A program made the translations under genes and the position numbers. Source: Octopus vulgaris (taxonomy: Eukaryota). From it: a stretch of 64,000 nt of DNA. Below, one piece after another: positions 1 to 14,207 of the stretch; the stretch's first letter is position 1, and each line of letters begins with the position of its first letter. Location: positions 51,584,001-51,648,000 of the forward strand of contig OX597821.1 of NCBI GenBank assembly GCA_951406725.2. Reading direction: 5' to 3'. The notes under the pieces are model-generated. The model saw only the letters and a list, made by a program, of their open reading frames with translations. It was not told where the DNA came from and searched no databases.

Positions 1-2474
1 TATATCAGTATTCAGTTTCCTAATCAGAAATATGTATAATATTTAATAACTATATATTTATAATTATGAGAAGTCATGATCATTAACACGGTTTCTGTAT
101 TAAAAATCACGACTTGTAGATTCTACAGTAGACAATTCAAATCTAATACAAACTTCCCTGGCTTCGGTTCGTGAATATTTTATGCTTTCCCTCGCGTTTT
201 TACAATGTACAGTTACGTTTTTATCTTCTTAATTCTTACTTCAAACGTATTGTGATTGTGACTGCATTGCGCCGAATTTGTAATGGGAAATCTCCAGAAA
301 ACCTGTTAATAACAAGTAATATCACTATCAAATGTCATTATTCTGAACAGGTCTTCATAAACTGTGTTTATGGCAGAAGAAGCTATAATGAATGTTAGTT
401 ACGTAATCATTGCCTTGGCAGATGTCATCACTACAGTAAATTAGTTCATTGTGACTGACTTGTTTGATTAGAATTCAGGATTGAGAAGTACGTATACTGA
501 TGGTCAAAGTATGTTACAGCTATGACAATATTGCCTTTACTTCAGCAATAGTATATCTTTTATTTAACGGTAGGATGTGTTTAGAGTGAAGTTTGATTGC
601 TACTTCGAATAGGTCGAATAACCAAGTAGAGGCTCTGTCATCAGTTTATGTACTCCTTTCGTAAACTTTAATGATGACAGTGTCACAGATTTATTACGGT
701 GTTTGTTATAATGAAGCTATTCCGATCTGTATAATACCATGACGTATTTATTAGTTCAAATGCTAACGGAAAAACAAACACAACACGTGAGGTTCGAAAA
801 GAATACATTCAAATGAGAAGCAACAAAGTGTTCAAAGAGAATCCCTTTGGCAAGTGTATGACTAGTATTTATTGTATCAAAAGAAATTGACAGAGTAAGT
901 TGAAACTAAATACCTTGGATTTATACTATCTTAACTATTTCAGATTCTCTCAAATATGCCTTAGCAATGAGTTACCATACTTCTCTTCACTCACAAATCT
1001 AAATCTCTTGGAATAAATATGATGATTTGTCTCAAGCCGTTCTAGAAATTTAATTGGTTTCTTTGCTTAATTAAAAGACATTACATTGGCTTCATATTAT
1101 AATTATTGCCATTGTTCATAGATTGGCCTGATCATTAGTGAGTGGAAAATAAATGTCCTCGTCTTACTAATTGCAATATTAAAATTAACAGTAACACAAT
1201 AAGCCTCTATGAATTTTAAGAACATTAAAACCGACATCACCTTCCTGTTCCAGTTGGAGTAGTGCTCACTCAGGTAACACCTCATTGGAATAGTCCTGAA
1301 CACTCAATGAAACGGCGTTCATACAGCTGAAGCATCTATATTAAGCATCTCCACATTAAAAAATTGAAATGTTTCCTTAAAATCACAGAAGACGGTGTGA
1401 TTACATTTGGAACGCTTTCGATATTAGGTAATCTCTATTAGAGATGACATGAAGCTAAACGATTACTCACTGAAGTAAGTCAGAGTACGATACAAGTAAG
1501 ACTCATATTGCACTATAACTTATGTATGTAATACTCTTCTGTTGGTTTTACCATTTCACTCGCAAACATTCTGTATTGCAACCAAATGGGCATTCAATTG
1601 ATTTTCAATGAGTTACTCAGCAACACACATCGTGTACAATGGCTCAACCTCCTTACCCTGCTTTTGAGTACCTGTCAGTCTAAATGCCAGTTCATATACT
1701 TATGTATATTCAGGCGTTGGTAAGATGTTTTGAGGAAAAACAGCAGCTTCTCTTGCAAACAACACTCCTCTCTCCACATAGGAGATGTGGAGAGACGGAA
1801 TGAGATGTTACCTTAGGCCGTTACGGCTTGGCAGTGGTGCCATCGCAAGTCTAACTGTTCCGTCAATTCCCGACCATCGTTTAGTATCTGTTGTATTATC
1901 GACTCCAAACGAAAGAAAAGTAAAGTTGATGTCGGAAGGATTTCAGCTCAGAGGGTAGAGAGCCGAAACAAATACTTCGTGGTGTCACACACTCAAACAG
2001 GTATGTCAGTTCTGGCAATTCTAGTGCTAAACGGTCGACGTGCTATTTCCATGAACATAAAACTCGACTTTCCGGAAACATACTTGTGTTCAACATGATC
2101 GGTACATGTCAAAAATGGAAGATTGTTATTTATAGCTAGTTCATCGATCACATTGAGGCTCTCTTTCTGGGGTATTGTTTTGAGGTTACAAAACGATTTT
2201 CCATCTTTAGGACTATTTTAACTTACGCAGAAGTTAAAATTCCATGCCGACACGCAGCAACAGTAGTTAGGTGCCACATACATCATGTCCCCAAGAAAAA
2301 CATTCTCTGTTGAAATCTCACTAGTGTACAGTTCTCTATTATTTCTTCGGTAACCAATACCACTGTGCACTGCCACCGTCGGTTTATCTTCAGATTCCAG
2401 TCTTCCATTCCCCCATATATACACTCTTTTGATCTTGTACGAGTAATGGATAGTTTATCTACTTTTATTAATAT

Positions 2475-2805
2475 TGGTTTCAATTTTTGGCACAAGGCTA
2501 ACAATTTCAAGAAAGGAGGTAAGTTGATTACATCGACCCCAGTGTTCCACTGGTAATTATTTTATCGACCACGAATGGAGGAAATGCGAAGTCGACTCAG
2601 TGGAATTTGAACTCAGGATGTAAAGATGAAATGCCGCTAAGTATGTTCCCAATTTGGTCGTATTTCTGTTTTGAGCTAAAATTCCGCCAAGGTCACCTTT
2701 GTTTTTTAACCTTTTGAGGTCGATAAACAAAGTTCCAGTTGAATATTGGGCTTGACTTATCCTCTCACTGAAATTACTGATCTTGTGCCAAAATATGAAA
2801 CCATT
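2475..2805. mobile_element. Two degraded copies of the major SINE family in inverted orientation
   Basis: tggtttcaatttttggcacaagg at the left pairs with tcttgtgccaaaatatgaaacca at the right. Both halves carry the SINE body motifs. Confidence 0.75.
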
Positions 2806-2847
2806 CTTAACACCCTGAACATAAACGATGAACGGACATTATTCAAA

Positions 2848-3030
2848 TGAGGTCTAGCACAAGTTACCACTTTTCCAGTGAGGTCTTACTTGAGAGAGCA
2901 TTATTCTCGTGAGATTTTACTCTTCGAATGAATACTTTTCTAATGAGGTCTTACTCGAGTGAATACTACCTCCCTGAAGTTTTACTAGACTGAGCAGTTC
3001 TCTGACGGTATCTTTCTCCTGTGAGTGCTG
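2848..3030. repeat. Degenerate minisatellite of about 31 bp, about 6 copies
   Basis: Units begin tgaggtcttact, tgagattttact or tgaagttttact at about 31-34 nt spacing. Confidence 0.7.
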
Positions 3031-3559
3031 ATCAGTCGTCAATCATATATGAAAATGTAAACTTACAAAGTTTTTATCATTAGCATAGGTTTTTGTTTTG
3101 TTTGTTGTGGCCCCATTCTTGTGAATGTAAAGATAAGACTGCTGCTGACACAGACCATCATCAATTTCCTCATCATATCGCGGATTTCGCCTCATTAATA
3201 TTATAATATTGTTTATAAATTTTAAGTAACGTGTTGCCTCTGTTGTTGAGGGGAAAACAAGTTACGATGTATTCTTTATCTCTGGAGGAACTTTTTGCCG
3301 ACTTTCATTATTGTCCGACAATAATTTGTGGTTAACTAGATCCGTCTTTCAATTATATGTACATGAAAACAAATATATTTTGTTCACAAGTAATTTCTGT
3401 TATTTTTTCCCAATGTACCAACAAACGTGAGTAGAATTACAAATTCACTGTGGAAATGTGTATATCCAGATGATACTAGGCGTACACCTATTTGCGCAAT
3501 GTTTTATATACACATACGTATACGTGTATTTATACATATATATAATAGTAATTTATAAA

Positions 3560-3560
3560 C

Positions 3561-3601
<41 letters not shown>

Positions 3602-3632
3602 AATATTACACAGGCACATATATACACAATAT

Positions 3633-3695
<63 letters not shown>

Positions 3696-3781
3696 GTATA
3701 AAGGCTCACGCACACATACATATACGCATGCACATACATATATCTTTATATAATGTACATATGTACATACACACGCGCACG

Positions 3782-3817
<36 letters not shown>

Positions 3818-4070
3818 ACAGACACGTCGTATGTGTTTTCTTTCTGTGGTGAAATATACGAATGTGTATTTGAGTGCATTGTATTTGTCAGCTTCGATAA
3901 TTTACCGCTTGTAAGAGTATGTGTAATTATGTATGTATGTATGTATGTATGTATGTATGTATGTATGTATGTATGTATGTATGTATGTATGTATGTATGT
4001 ATGTATATATGCATGTGTCTGTGTATGCATGTATGTGTGAGTATGTGCGTGTGCGCACATGTACGTGTGT
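3560..4070. repeat. Compound microsatellites (TA)n, (CA)n, (TATG)n; representative of dozens of such tracts in the window
   Basis: Seen directly. Such tracts generate the YIYI, HTHT and MYVC pseudo-ORFs. Confidence 0.97.
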
Positions 4071-4494
4071 GTCTGCATTCATCAGCCCATATGTATGTAA
4101 CATCATGGGGTTTATCTATTTGTTATCGTTTATGTTGTTACTTTTCCCTGCCTTTGTCATGGTAATACTTGCGTTATTTACAAATTCTATTCTACACCGA
4201 ATTGCGGTTAGTGTATAAAAACCTGGCATTGTTATGCTGGCGCACAGTTTTCTCTTGCTATTTCCCTTCGGCATTTCTCTTTTCTTCAAGACTTTTCTGA
4301 AAAAAAAAAATCTTTTCAACTACATTTTTCAGAATATTTTACATTTTTTTCTCTTTTCATGTCAAATGTGATTTCGAAGGCGATGCTAATTAAGAGCGTT
4401 TGCTCAAGTCATCAAAATTCTTGGTGGTTTTCATACCATTATCAGCATTTCTGTGACATACTCTCAAGAGATGAATTACATAAATAATCCTTCG

Positions 4495-4690
4495 TAATAT
4501 AGGCACAAGACCTTAAATTTGGTGGGAAGTGGCTAATGGATTACATCAACCCCAGCGCTCAAGTCGTACTTATTTTATCAACCCAGAGAGGGTAAAAGTA
4601 AAGTCGACCTCATCGGAATTTGAACTTGAAATGTAAAGGCGGAGAAATTCCGCTAAGCATTTTGTTCAGTACTAAAGATTCTGCCAGCTT
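4495..4690 (-). mobile_element. Major SINE family copy (tRNA-derived head, Nin-like central domain)
   Basis: Reverse complement of the body gtcgactttgcctttcatcctttcggggtcgataa...gtaccag shared with many other copies. Confidence 0.8.
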
Positions 4691-4949
4691 TCAGTTTAAC
4701 AGGACCGTCTGTTTTTGGAGACTCTTTCACTTGAGCTACACTCCCGAGGAAAGTACCTGACTTTTGACTGCCGCTCCACCACTAGGGTTGAGCTCCTGTG
4801 AAAAAAATTTTGATCCCTGCTCTTCCTTCTCTAAATTTTACACAAATGAAAAACTAAGCTTTTGCTTAACAAACATGTCCTCATTACTAAAATTACATCG
4901 TCTTACTGTTGAAAACTGATAGTTCTCTGCACCGCTGACAAGTACTTCG

Positions 4950-5250
4950 GAGTCGCATGGATAGCTGAGTGGTTAAGAATTTCGCTTGGTAATCACGAGA
5001 GTCCAGGATCGATTCCAGGTAGCAGATCGCAGGCCTAAACTTTGTAAAATCGCGGTGGCAGAAACAGTGTGGAAAACACTCTGGCAGTTATTACTGCAAT
5101 TCCAAGTCCCAGCTATATGGATTCATTTATGCTGCTGATTCATGCCAAAAATTACATTAAATATACACCTGTCGGTGGAATACCCAGCCCCTTTTATGAT
5201 AATTTAACGAGTAGATTCTTCAGTTGATCGAATACCTAGCCACTTATCCT
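4950..5250 (+). mobile_element. Degraded tRNA-derived SINE
   Basis: A-box-like tagctgagtggtt and B-box-like ggatcgattcc at tRNA spacing. Confidence 0.5.
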
Positions 5251-6453
5251 CAAAATCGATGTTGGGTCTGTTATCATGGCAGGAATTTGAAAGGCTGATC
5301 ATGAGTGAGGTAAAATAATCCTATAGAACGAAAATCGTTTTCTAATCTCAAAACAATACTAAAACAATACTAAAAAGGTGTGCCTATGCATGGTCGATCA
5401 ACTAGCTGAAAATATCAGACAAATTTCCCTTAAAAAATGAAATAGATACATAGGTTAATTATCCTGTCGTATATTTCAGAAAACTTTCGACATTTTTTAA
5501 AAATCATGTCTGCACGATTAGGATTGTTTTAAGGCTAAACAATAACAAGCCTGGAATCACAGCTATTTGTTAACCTTGTAATAAACCAATATATTATTGC
5601 ATAACAACGTTATGAATTGTTTCTGATAGAAAGCTAGCGTTACACACATTCGAGCATAGGTAACATTCGTCTTAAAATCTTTCAGTACTTTGATGTGGTT
5701 GTTGTTTTTGATGATGAACATTTGTTGTCTTCGGCTTTGTTATTATTGTTGTTGCTGTTGTTACTCTTCATGGTGTTTTAGACTCATGCTAGAACAGAAA
5801 GAAAATTTGTATGATAACCGTCTTAGCCGTAACTATGGTGGTTCAAGACAGATGACAGAGATCCACAATAAATATATGAATAAGTATGTATGCACGTATG
5901 TATGTATGTATGTATGTATGTATGTATGTATGTATGTATGTATGTATGTATGCATGTATGTATGTGTGTGTATGTATGGGCGTATATGTGTATGTATGTG
6001 TGTATCTTGTGTGTGTGTGTATGTGTTCGTATGAATATGTGTGTATGAATGGATATGTGTATGCGTGTATGTGTAAGTATGAATGTATGTATGCATGTGT
6101 CTATTCATGTATGTCTCTAAGTATTATTCGAACGTTGGATTATATCGGACGAATGAGATCCGAATGAACAATACAAAGTTGTAACCTTTTAATGAACCTG
6201 AAACTATCGTGAGATAGAGAGAGAAAAGAGAGTCAATGTGTGTGGAAATATATTTGACAGTATTTTCGAGCTAGATATCTTTTGAATAAGATATTCTAAA
6301 TGTTATGTGTAAATCGTTGATATATTTAATTTTGTACTATCATTGTATCCCTTCTAAGTCGTATTTTAATAACCGGAGCTATTTCCGTACATAACACTGT
6401 AGATATCACTATCTTGTATTCCACATTTAAAGAGTATATTTCTCTCATTTCAG

Positions 6454-6548
6454 GTATCACAGGAGATGTAAGCATTGATGAGAACGGGGACAGGAATGCA
6501 GATTACTCTCTTCTTGATATGACCGACCCACTGTCTGGTCGTTTTGAG
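6454..6548 (+). CDS. Internal exon of a receptor guanylyl cyclase / natriuretic peptide receptor (NPR1/NPR2-like) gene, late extracellular domain
   Basis: Acceptor tctctcatttcag| and donor |gtaaga. 95 nt, phase 1 to 0. Encodes (G)ITGDVSIDENGDRNADYSLLDMTDPLSGRFE, matching the family motif GxTGxVxIDxNGDRxxDYSL. Confidence 0.93.
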
Positions 6549-7194
6549 GTAAGATCTTTATATTCTAAGCTACATTTTTGTGTCCAGTCTGGTGTTAATA
6601 CAACTGAGGATTAAGTCTTCAGTTGACAAGCTGGTTTAATTATTTGTCATATGGTACCAAATGCGTCGCCTGTAAAATTGAAATTTATTATAGAAAATGT
6701 ATTTAGTTATATAAGGGAAAAGGTTTACTGTTTTGACGAGTCAAATAGAATTTAACAGTTTCAAGCATATAGCTAAATGCAGATATATAGAATGCTGGCT
6801 CTTCAGATCAGTGGATCTAGGTTTCATCAATTTCTTTACTCTACTGAACACATACAAAATCATCCGTTATACTTACAATGTATGGAAGACCGATAATTGA
6901 TAACATTTACTGCGGAGAGGAGATGGGAAAAAGAAAGATCTAATAAAAAGTTGAAAGCAAATGATGAGTAGTGGTGAAGGGGGTGGTGGTGAAGATAAAA
7001 GAGAGTATGGGAGTCAGAATGAGAGGCAGTATGAAAGAGAGAGAGAGCGGCAGTATGCGAATGAGTGAGAGAAAGAGAGGCAGGGAAATTCTTTTTGATA
7101 GAGAGTATTAATAGTGGGAGAAAACAGCGAAAGTTATAAAGAACGAGAGAGAATTAAGCACATATATAGTGATAATGAAATAGAGTAACACTAT

Positions 7195-7920
7195 TTTCAA
7201 ATTTTGGCACAAGGCCAGTAATTGCAGGGGAGTAGCAAAGTCGATTATATCGACCCCTACCAGTGATCAACTGGTTTTTATTCTATCGACCGCGAACGGA
7301 TGAAAGGTGAAGTCGACCTCAGTGGTATACTAACGATTCGTTTCTACTCAGGGCACAGGGCTCGAAATTTTTGGAGGGTGGGGGGCATTCGATTAGATCG
7401 ACTCCAGCACACAACTGGTATTTTATCGTCTCCGAAAGGTTGAAAGGCAAAGGCGCCCTGGGCGGAATTTGAACTCAGAATGTAAAGACATACGAAATAC
7501 CTATTTCTTTACTACCTACAAGGGGCTTAAACACAGAGAGGACAAACAAGGACAGACAAACGGATTAAGTCGATTACATTGACCCCAGTGAGCAACTGGT
7601 ACTTAATTTATCGACCCCGAAAGGATGAAAGGCAAAGTCGACCTCGGCGGAATTTGAACCCAGAACATAACGGCAGGTGAAATACCTATTTCTTTACTAC
7701 CCACAAGGGGCTAAACACGGAGAGGACAAACAAGGACAGACAAACGGATTAAGTCGATTATATCGACCCCAGTGCGTAACTGGTACTTAATTTATCGACC
7801 CCGAAAGGATGAAAGGCAAAGTCGACCTCGGCGGAATTTGAACTCAGAACGTAACGGCAGACGAAATACCGCTAAGCATTTCAGCCGGCGTGCTAACGTT
7901 TCTGCCAGCTCGCCGTCTTA
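7195..7920 (-). mobile_element. Major SINE multimer (one head, about 3 tandem bodies of about 180 bp) plus an adjacent partial copy
   Basis: Repeated aaggatgaaaggcaaagtcgacctcggcggaatttgaac units. A single head (tctgccagctcgccg) lies at about 7900-7915. Confidence 0.9.
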
Positions 7921-8457
7921 GAGAATGTAATATTAACAAGAGAGGGAACAGTGGTGGAAGTTATAAAGAATGACAGAAAGGTAGGCAGAGTAAATGCATT
8001 TGTATATTATGAATTAATATGTTGGATCCAAGTTTAGTGACTTATCTATTTTTAATGTAAAGAAAAGTCAGGAAAAGGAAGTGTAGAAGAAACTAGTCAA
8101 ATACAAATATTTTGAGAGCATTTAAAATACATATATAAGCAAATTGATGAGACAGATGCAGATATAAAAATTAAAGCAACAGATAGTTATGAACAATGAA
8201 TAGTAACAAGTAGGGTTAAAAGTTTAAGTAACCTTCAAGTACAATGATTTCTAATTAACTGTTTTGAAGTTGACACAGCTAGCTAAGGGGTAGATACCTA
8301 TGAGCATTAATTTACTTAGAATATAAAGTAATGAAATAAGACATTAAAAAAATGAAATAAATAAATAAAATAAATAAAATACATTTTTGAAAACTATCTT
8401 TGGGTTTAGTTTTTATATCTCCAACTGCCTCAGTGCTTATATGTGTTTTAAACATTC

Positions 8458-8503
<46 letters not shown>

Positions 8504-8509
8504 TACTTT

Positions 8510-8594
<85 letters not shown>

Positions 8595-8595
<1 letters not shown>

Positions 8596-9159
8596 GGTCT
8601 ACAAGGCTGTTACAATTCAAGCTTGCTGTATGGCTGAGAACCTGGACTCTTTATCATAGCGACATGCAAAAATTTCAGCGCTGTCACCAACAAAATGTTC
8701 GCTCAATCTTGAGCATCAAATGGGAGCATTATTTGACCAACAAAAATGTCCTGAAAAGTATCGAAGTCAAAATATCGAATCGCTGATAATGAAACACAAC
8801 CTTCGATTATCAGGACATGTAGCAAGAAAGGAAGGGTCAAGTTATGAGAGGGAGATCACTTCTGTGAAAAGACCACGAGGTTGTTCTCTTCGAAGATGCA
8901 AGGGTCAACTCAAATCAACACTGAAAACCACTGGGATTGAGCCTAAATCGTTTGAAATAAAAGGTCGACCCCGTACCAAGTGACGGTGTTACATCTATAT
9001 CGGAACCAAAATCTTCGAAGACACTAGAAATGAAACGACAGGAGAGATAGGCTCGACAAAACCGACCGTGTCGTCAACCAAACTTATCATGTAGTCAATG
9101 CATTAGTCTCTTCTATGCCAGAACAGGTTTACAAATTCATTAGCGCCATCTTCATTGAG

Positions 9160-9160
<1 letters not shown>
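8595..9160 (+). mobile_element. RTE-clade LINE 3' fragment, decayed
   Basis: TWTLYHSDMQKFQRCHQQNVRSILSIKW...IESLIMKHNLRLSGHVAR, and a C-terminal CxxC..H-like stretch. Contains frameshifts. Confidence 0.85.
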
Positions 9161-9190
<30 letters not shown>

Positions 9191-11250
9191 AATTTAAAGG
9201 ACCGACCACTATTCTTTGTGGAAAATAGCGATTTGACGTCTATATCTAGCATGTTGACCGTCCACTTTTAGTGGTCAGTTCTTTAAATTTTGTATGTAAA
9301 AATATTTTAATCTTCGGATTTTTTTAATATGCTGGGCCACTGGTTTTAATTGATTAATATCAATTTCTACCCTTATTAAATCTTAAATTATATATATATA
9401 TATATCCAGCACCTGATTGTACTATTGATTGGTCATTTATTTCATCTTTCGAGTGTTGGTTTTTGTTTGTTCTTTACGGACGCATTCACGTGTTGATTTT
9501 AAACGGTGTTACATCTATATCGGAACATTAAGTCTCCCCACGTCATTCTTCATCTTATTTTGCTCAGTGAAGCATTACGTGTAGGATGGAGGGGGTTTAG
9601 TTTTTCTTTACTGTTTTCCTTTCTCAGTGTGTGTGTGTGTGTGTGAGTATAGTTGTGTAATGCGATATGTGTGATGCTGTGATGTAATGGGTAATGTTGT
9701 GTTTTGGTGGGAGGTTGTTGCGTGTTGTTAGATGATATGTGATATTACGTGATGCTTTGTATTGTGAGCTGTCGTTGTTTAGTACTGTTTCATGTTGGCA
9801 TGTTGTGTGGTGAGTTAATGTTATGCGTTGTAAGTTTTTGTGATGCTGTTTGATGTTTTTTTGTGAAGTGTTATATTGTGTAATGTTTAGCCTTGTGTTG
9901 CTGGTGTGGTATTTTGTAACATAGTGTGGGACTGTGGAATTTTATAATGTTGTGTGAAATATAATGTGTGATACGTAATAACGTGTAACTTTATATGTTG
10001 TATATTGAAAAACAAAACTAACGAAAATTATGAACACTGCTGTATTTACATGTAAAGCCGGTTTCTTGATAGGGACATCGATTTGATAAACAATATCGGC
10101 TCTCCACACTTGGATATACGTTAATTCATGGATAATATAAAGATAAAGCTTTAGCAATAAAACAAAGGTTACATGTAGAATAATTATTGTTTCCGGATTC
10201 CCTATGTAATTATATAATTACATATTTCAGCTGATCTTAGCATGAAGTAAAAAATATTGATTTTTTTTTTATTTTTCTCGTTGGCGATTGATGCTGAATA
10301 TATATGTGCGGGAATTAATAGATTGCTAAAGGTTTTTTGTTTTCTATTATATAAGCATTAGCATTGGAAATAAGAACAATTACTTAAAACATTGTTTGAA
10401 TAGATTGTCTTAGATAATAGTGAAATGGAAGAATACGAGGAATTTCTGATGGTCAGAGAGGGTAAATAGGAGTAGAAATGGTTCAAACACGGAAGTGGGG
10501 AAAAAATATTCCATTAGTGAGAGAAAGGTCTTTTAGATAGATTGGTATGATTGAGTTCGAAGCAGAAGTAGTTAAACAGTGAACAATACAGACTCGAAGA
10601 AGAAGATGTGAGAGAGGATGAGAGAGAAATTAGACAGTGTTAGAATGAACTAAAGAACTAAAGAGATTTCCAATAGATTTGAAAAACGTTGAGCAAAGAA
10701 GAAAAGACTACAAAGCAATATTCCCTTGCATACATACATACATACATACATACATACATACATACATACATACATACATACATACATGCATACATACATA
10801 CGTACATGCCTACATACATACATACATTCCCTTCTGCGTTAGCTCCTTATGGGTAATAAAAAATCAATACATCCATATATGCATATATATATACGTATAC
10901 GCTGTGCATACATGCACATATATATACAAATATGCGCTAAATATCCAAATGTCCACAGATGCAAGTGCAAATAGATTTTCCCGTTCAAGTTTAGGCGGGG
11001 ATGTTGAACTGTGATGGAAGTGAATCCACTCACGGAGTGAATTAAAGAATGGATGTATGGGTTTGGAAATTGTTAGGGTCTTGATATAAACGGGTTGGGA
11101 CAATGGTGGGCTGAAAAGTTCATAGGCTGCCCATACTGCTCCTATGTCTTTATTTTTCAACTTAGTAATCTTGCGGTGCATACACTTCAATCAGAGTCGT
11201 AGTGCTAGGATCCCATTGGTGAAGAAGCTTTTATCCTGTTGGTCAAAGAC

Positions 11251-12275
<1,025 letters not shown>

Positions 12276-13665
12276 AGCAAATATGACGTTATCATCAATG
12301 CGATAGTGGTGCCCAGTCAAGTGTTTTTTTCTCGTGTCAGGGAACAGATGATAGGCAGATGTTTCTAAATTAGAGGATTAGGGAGGCTCATCAACCAGTT
12401 GTAAGCCATCATCACGCATAGCAACTATTGGCCCTAAGGACTTGTATGCTGGAGAATTTCCTCATGAAACAAATCCTGTTTCGTCAGTTTTCCTAGACGT
12501 GTTATCTTGATAGTCTTTCATTAATACTTCAGTGTGTTGATATAGCTCTCTCCATTGCTGGTGTGGTCCTTATGAAGATAGTCAGTAAAGACAATGTCAT
12601 TTGCATTCCCAAAAACTGAGGCCATCTCTTTTCTTGCAGACGAAATGACATTGGGCCTTCTTTGGAGTAGGTGAGGAGAGGTGTTTCCACTGCATGGATC
12701 ATCACTTTGTCTCTGACTCAAAGTAACAAACCCAACCCACATCCTGGGGTAGGAAACGTTCAAAGAAATAGGCTGTATTTACCTCAAACTACGTCAGATT
12801 TTCTTATTGCAGTCGATCGTCTAGTTAGAGTAGACAAAATCATTTACATAAAAGTCTTTTGTATTAAAGATAAGAAAGAAACATTGACAAAAGGTCTAAA
12901 TACACAAGAAAACGGGATCGCTACGACCGGTGTTCCTTTAATCATAAGTTCATTTAATGAAGGCTGATATCATGCAAAACTAACGAACTTACAAACAGGA
13001 TGAATGAAGGTGAGACTCGACTGGAAAAATCTAAATAATCTTCAGAGATCTGAAAGCCTTTGATGTGTCTATATGTTTGGATGTGCAAATGTTTTAATAC
13101 TTAAAGCAAGGGATGATGTAGCATTCTGCTGCAGGAATCGCTTTTATTCGGAATAATTGATATATTTATCATAATATTAAAGAGAAGCAAGGCGGTGAGC
13201 TGCCAGAATCGTTCACATGCGGGAAAGAATTCATACTGCAAAAACAGCTAGTGCTATATAATGTCTGTGAAAAATGACTCGCGAAATACACTCCACGGTG
13301 ATGTAAGGAGACAAATTTATTTCAATTTACAATTGCCTTGCTTTCATTGTTTCATTATATCTTAGATATGAACAACTACAACAGTGGCATGTTACATCTC
13401 ATGGATAGAAACATACACACATTAGTGTAAACGGATACAGTAGATCATACTTGTATCTCTATCATCCCCCTTCTCTCTCTCTTTACACAAACACACACAC
13501 ACATAGATAAAGAGAAAGTAAGATTAACTGATAGACTGATAGATATGGATACACGATTACAAACATAAATATACTCACACACACACACATCTATAAATAT
13601 GTACATATCCTTTATATTTATTTACTTGTTTCAGTCGTTACACTGCAAACATGCTAGGCTACTGC

Positions 13666-13905
13666 GGAGGCGCCTGGCTTAGTGGTTAGGGTGTCAGCAT
13701 CATGATAGTAAGATTGTGGTTTCGATTCCTGGACCGAGCGACGCGTTATGTTCTTGAGCCAAAGACTTCAATTCACGTTGCTCCAGTCCACTCAGCTGGC
13801 AAGAATGAGTAACGCTGCGATGGACTGGCGTCCCGTCCAGCTGGGGAGCACATACGCCATTAAAACCGAGCCCATGAGCCTGACTAGGCTTTAAAAGGAC
13901 GCATT
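13666..13905 (+). mobile_element. Third tRNA-derived SINE family (CORE-like segment)
   Basis: tggcttagtggttagggtg..ggtttcgattcc head. Imperfect TSD atgctagRctact. Another copy lies at 43695-43945. Confidence 0.8.
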
Positions 13906-14145
13906 TATTTATTTATTATGCTAGACTACTACCTTGGAGAATTTTAATCGAACGCATCAAGTCCAGTAATTATTCTAGTGAAGGCCTATTACTGCTTTGC
14001 CAATCTAATAAGCGATGAGACTTAAACACACAGACACCAATATCAAGTGACGGTGGGGGACAAAGACACACTCACTCCCCACCACACGCACACACATACA
14101 TATACATATGTAAATGTATATATATGTATATATAATATGTGTGTG

Positions 14146-14206
<61 letters not shown>

Positions 14207-14207
<1 letters not shown>

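Noticed and set aside
2848-3030. Regularly spaced repeats of about 31 bp that might suggest a CRISPR array
   Set aside because: Whole units are degenerate copies with no unique spacers, there are no cas genes, and the context is eukaryotic. It is a minisatellite.
6601-6625. 10-bp hairpin just downstream of the first exon's donor
   Set aside because: It is short enough to arise by chance and no conservation data are available.
12760-13180. Coding-like stretch next to the mariner remnant
   Set aside because: I could not assign any protein family.
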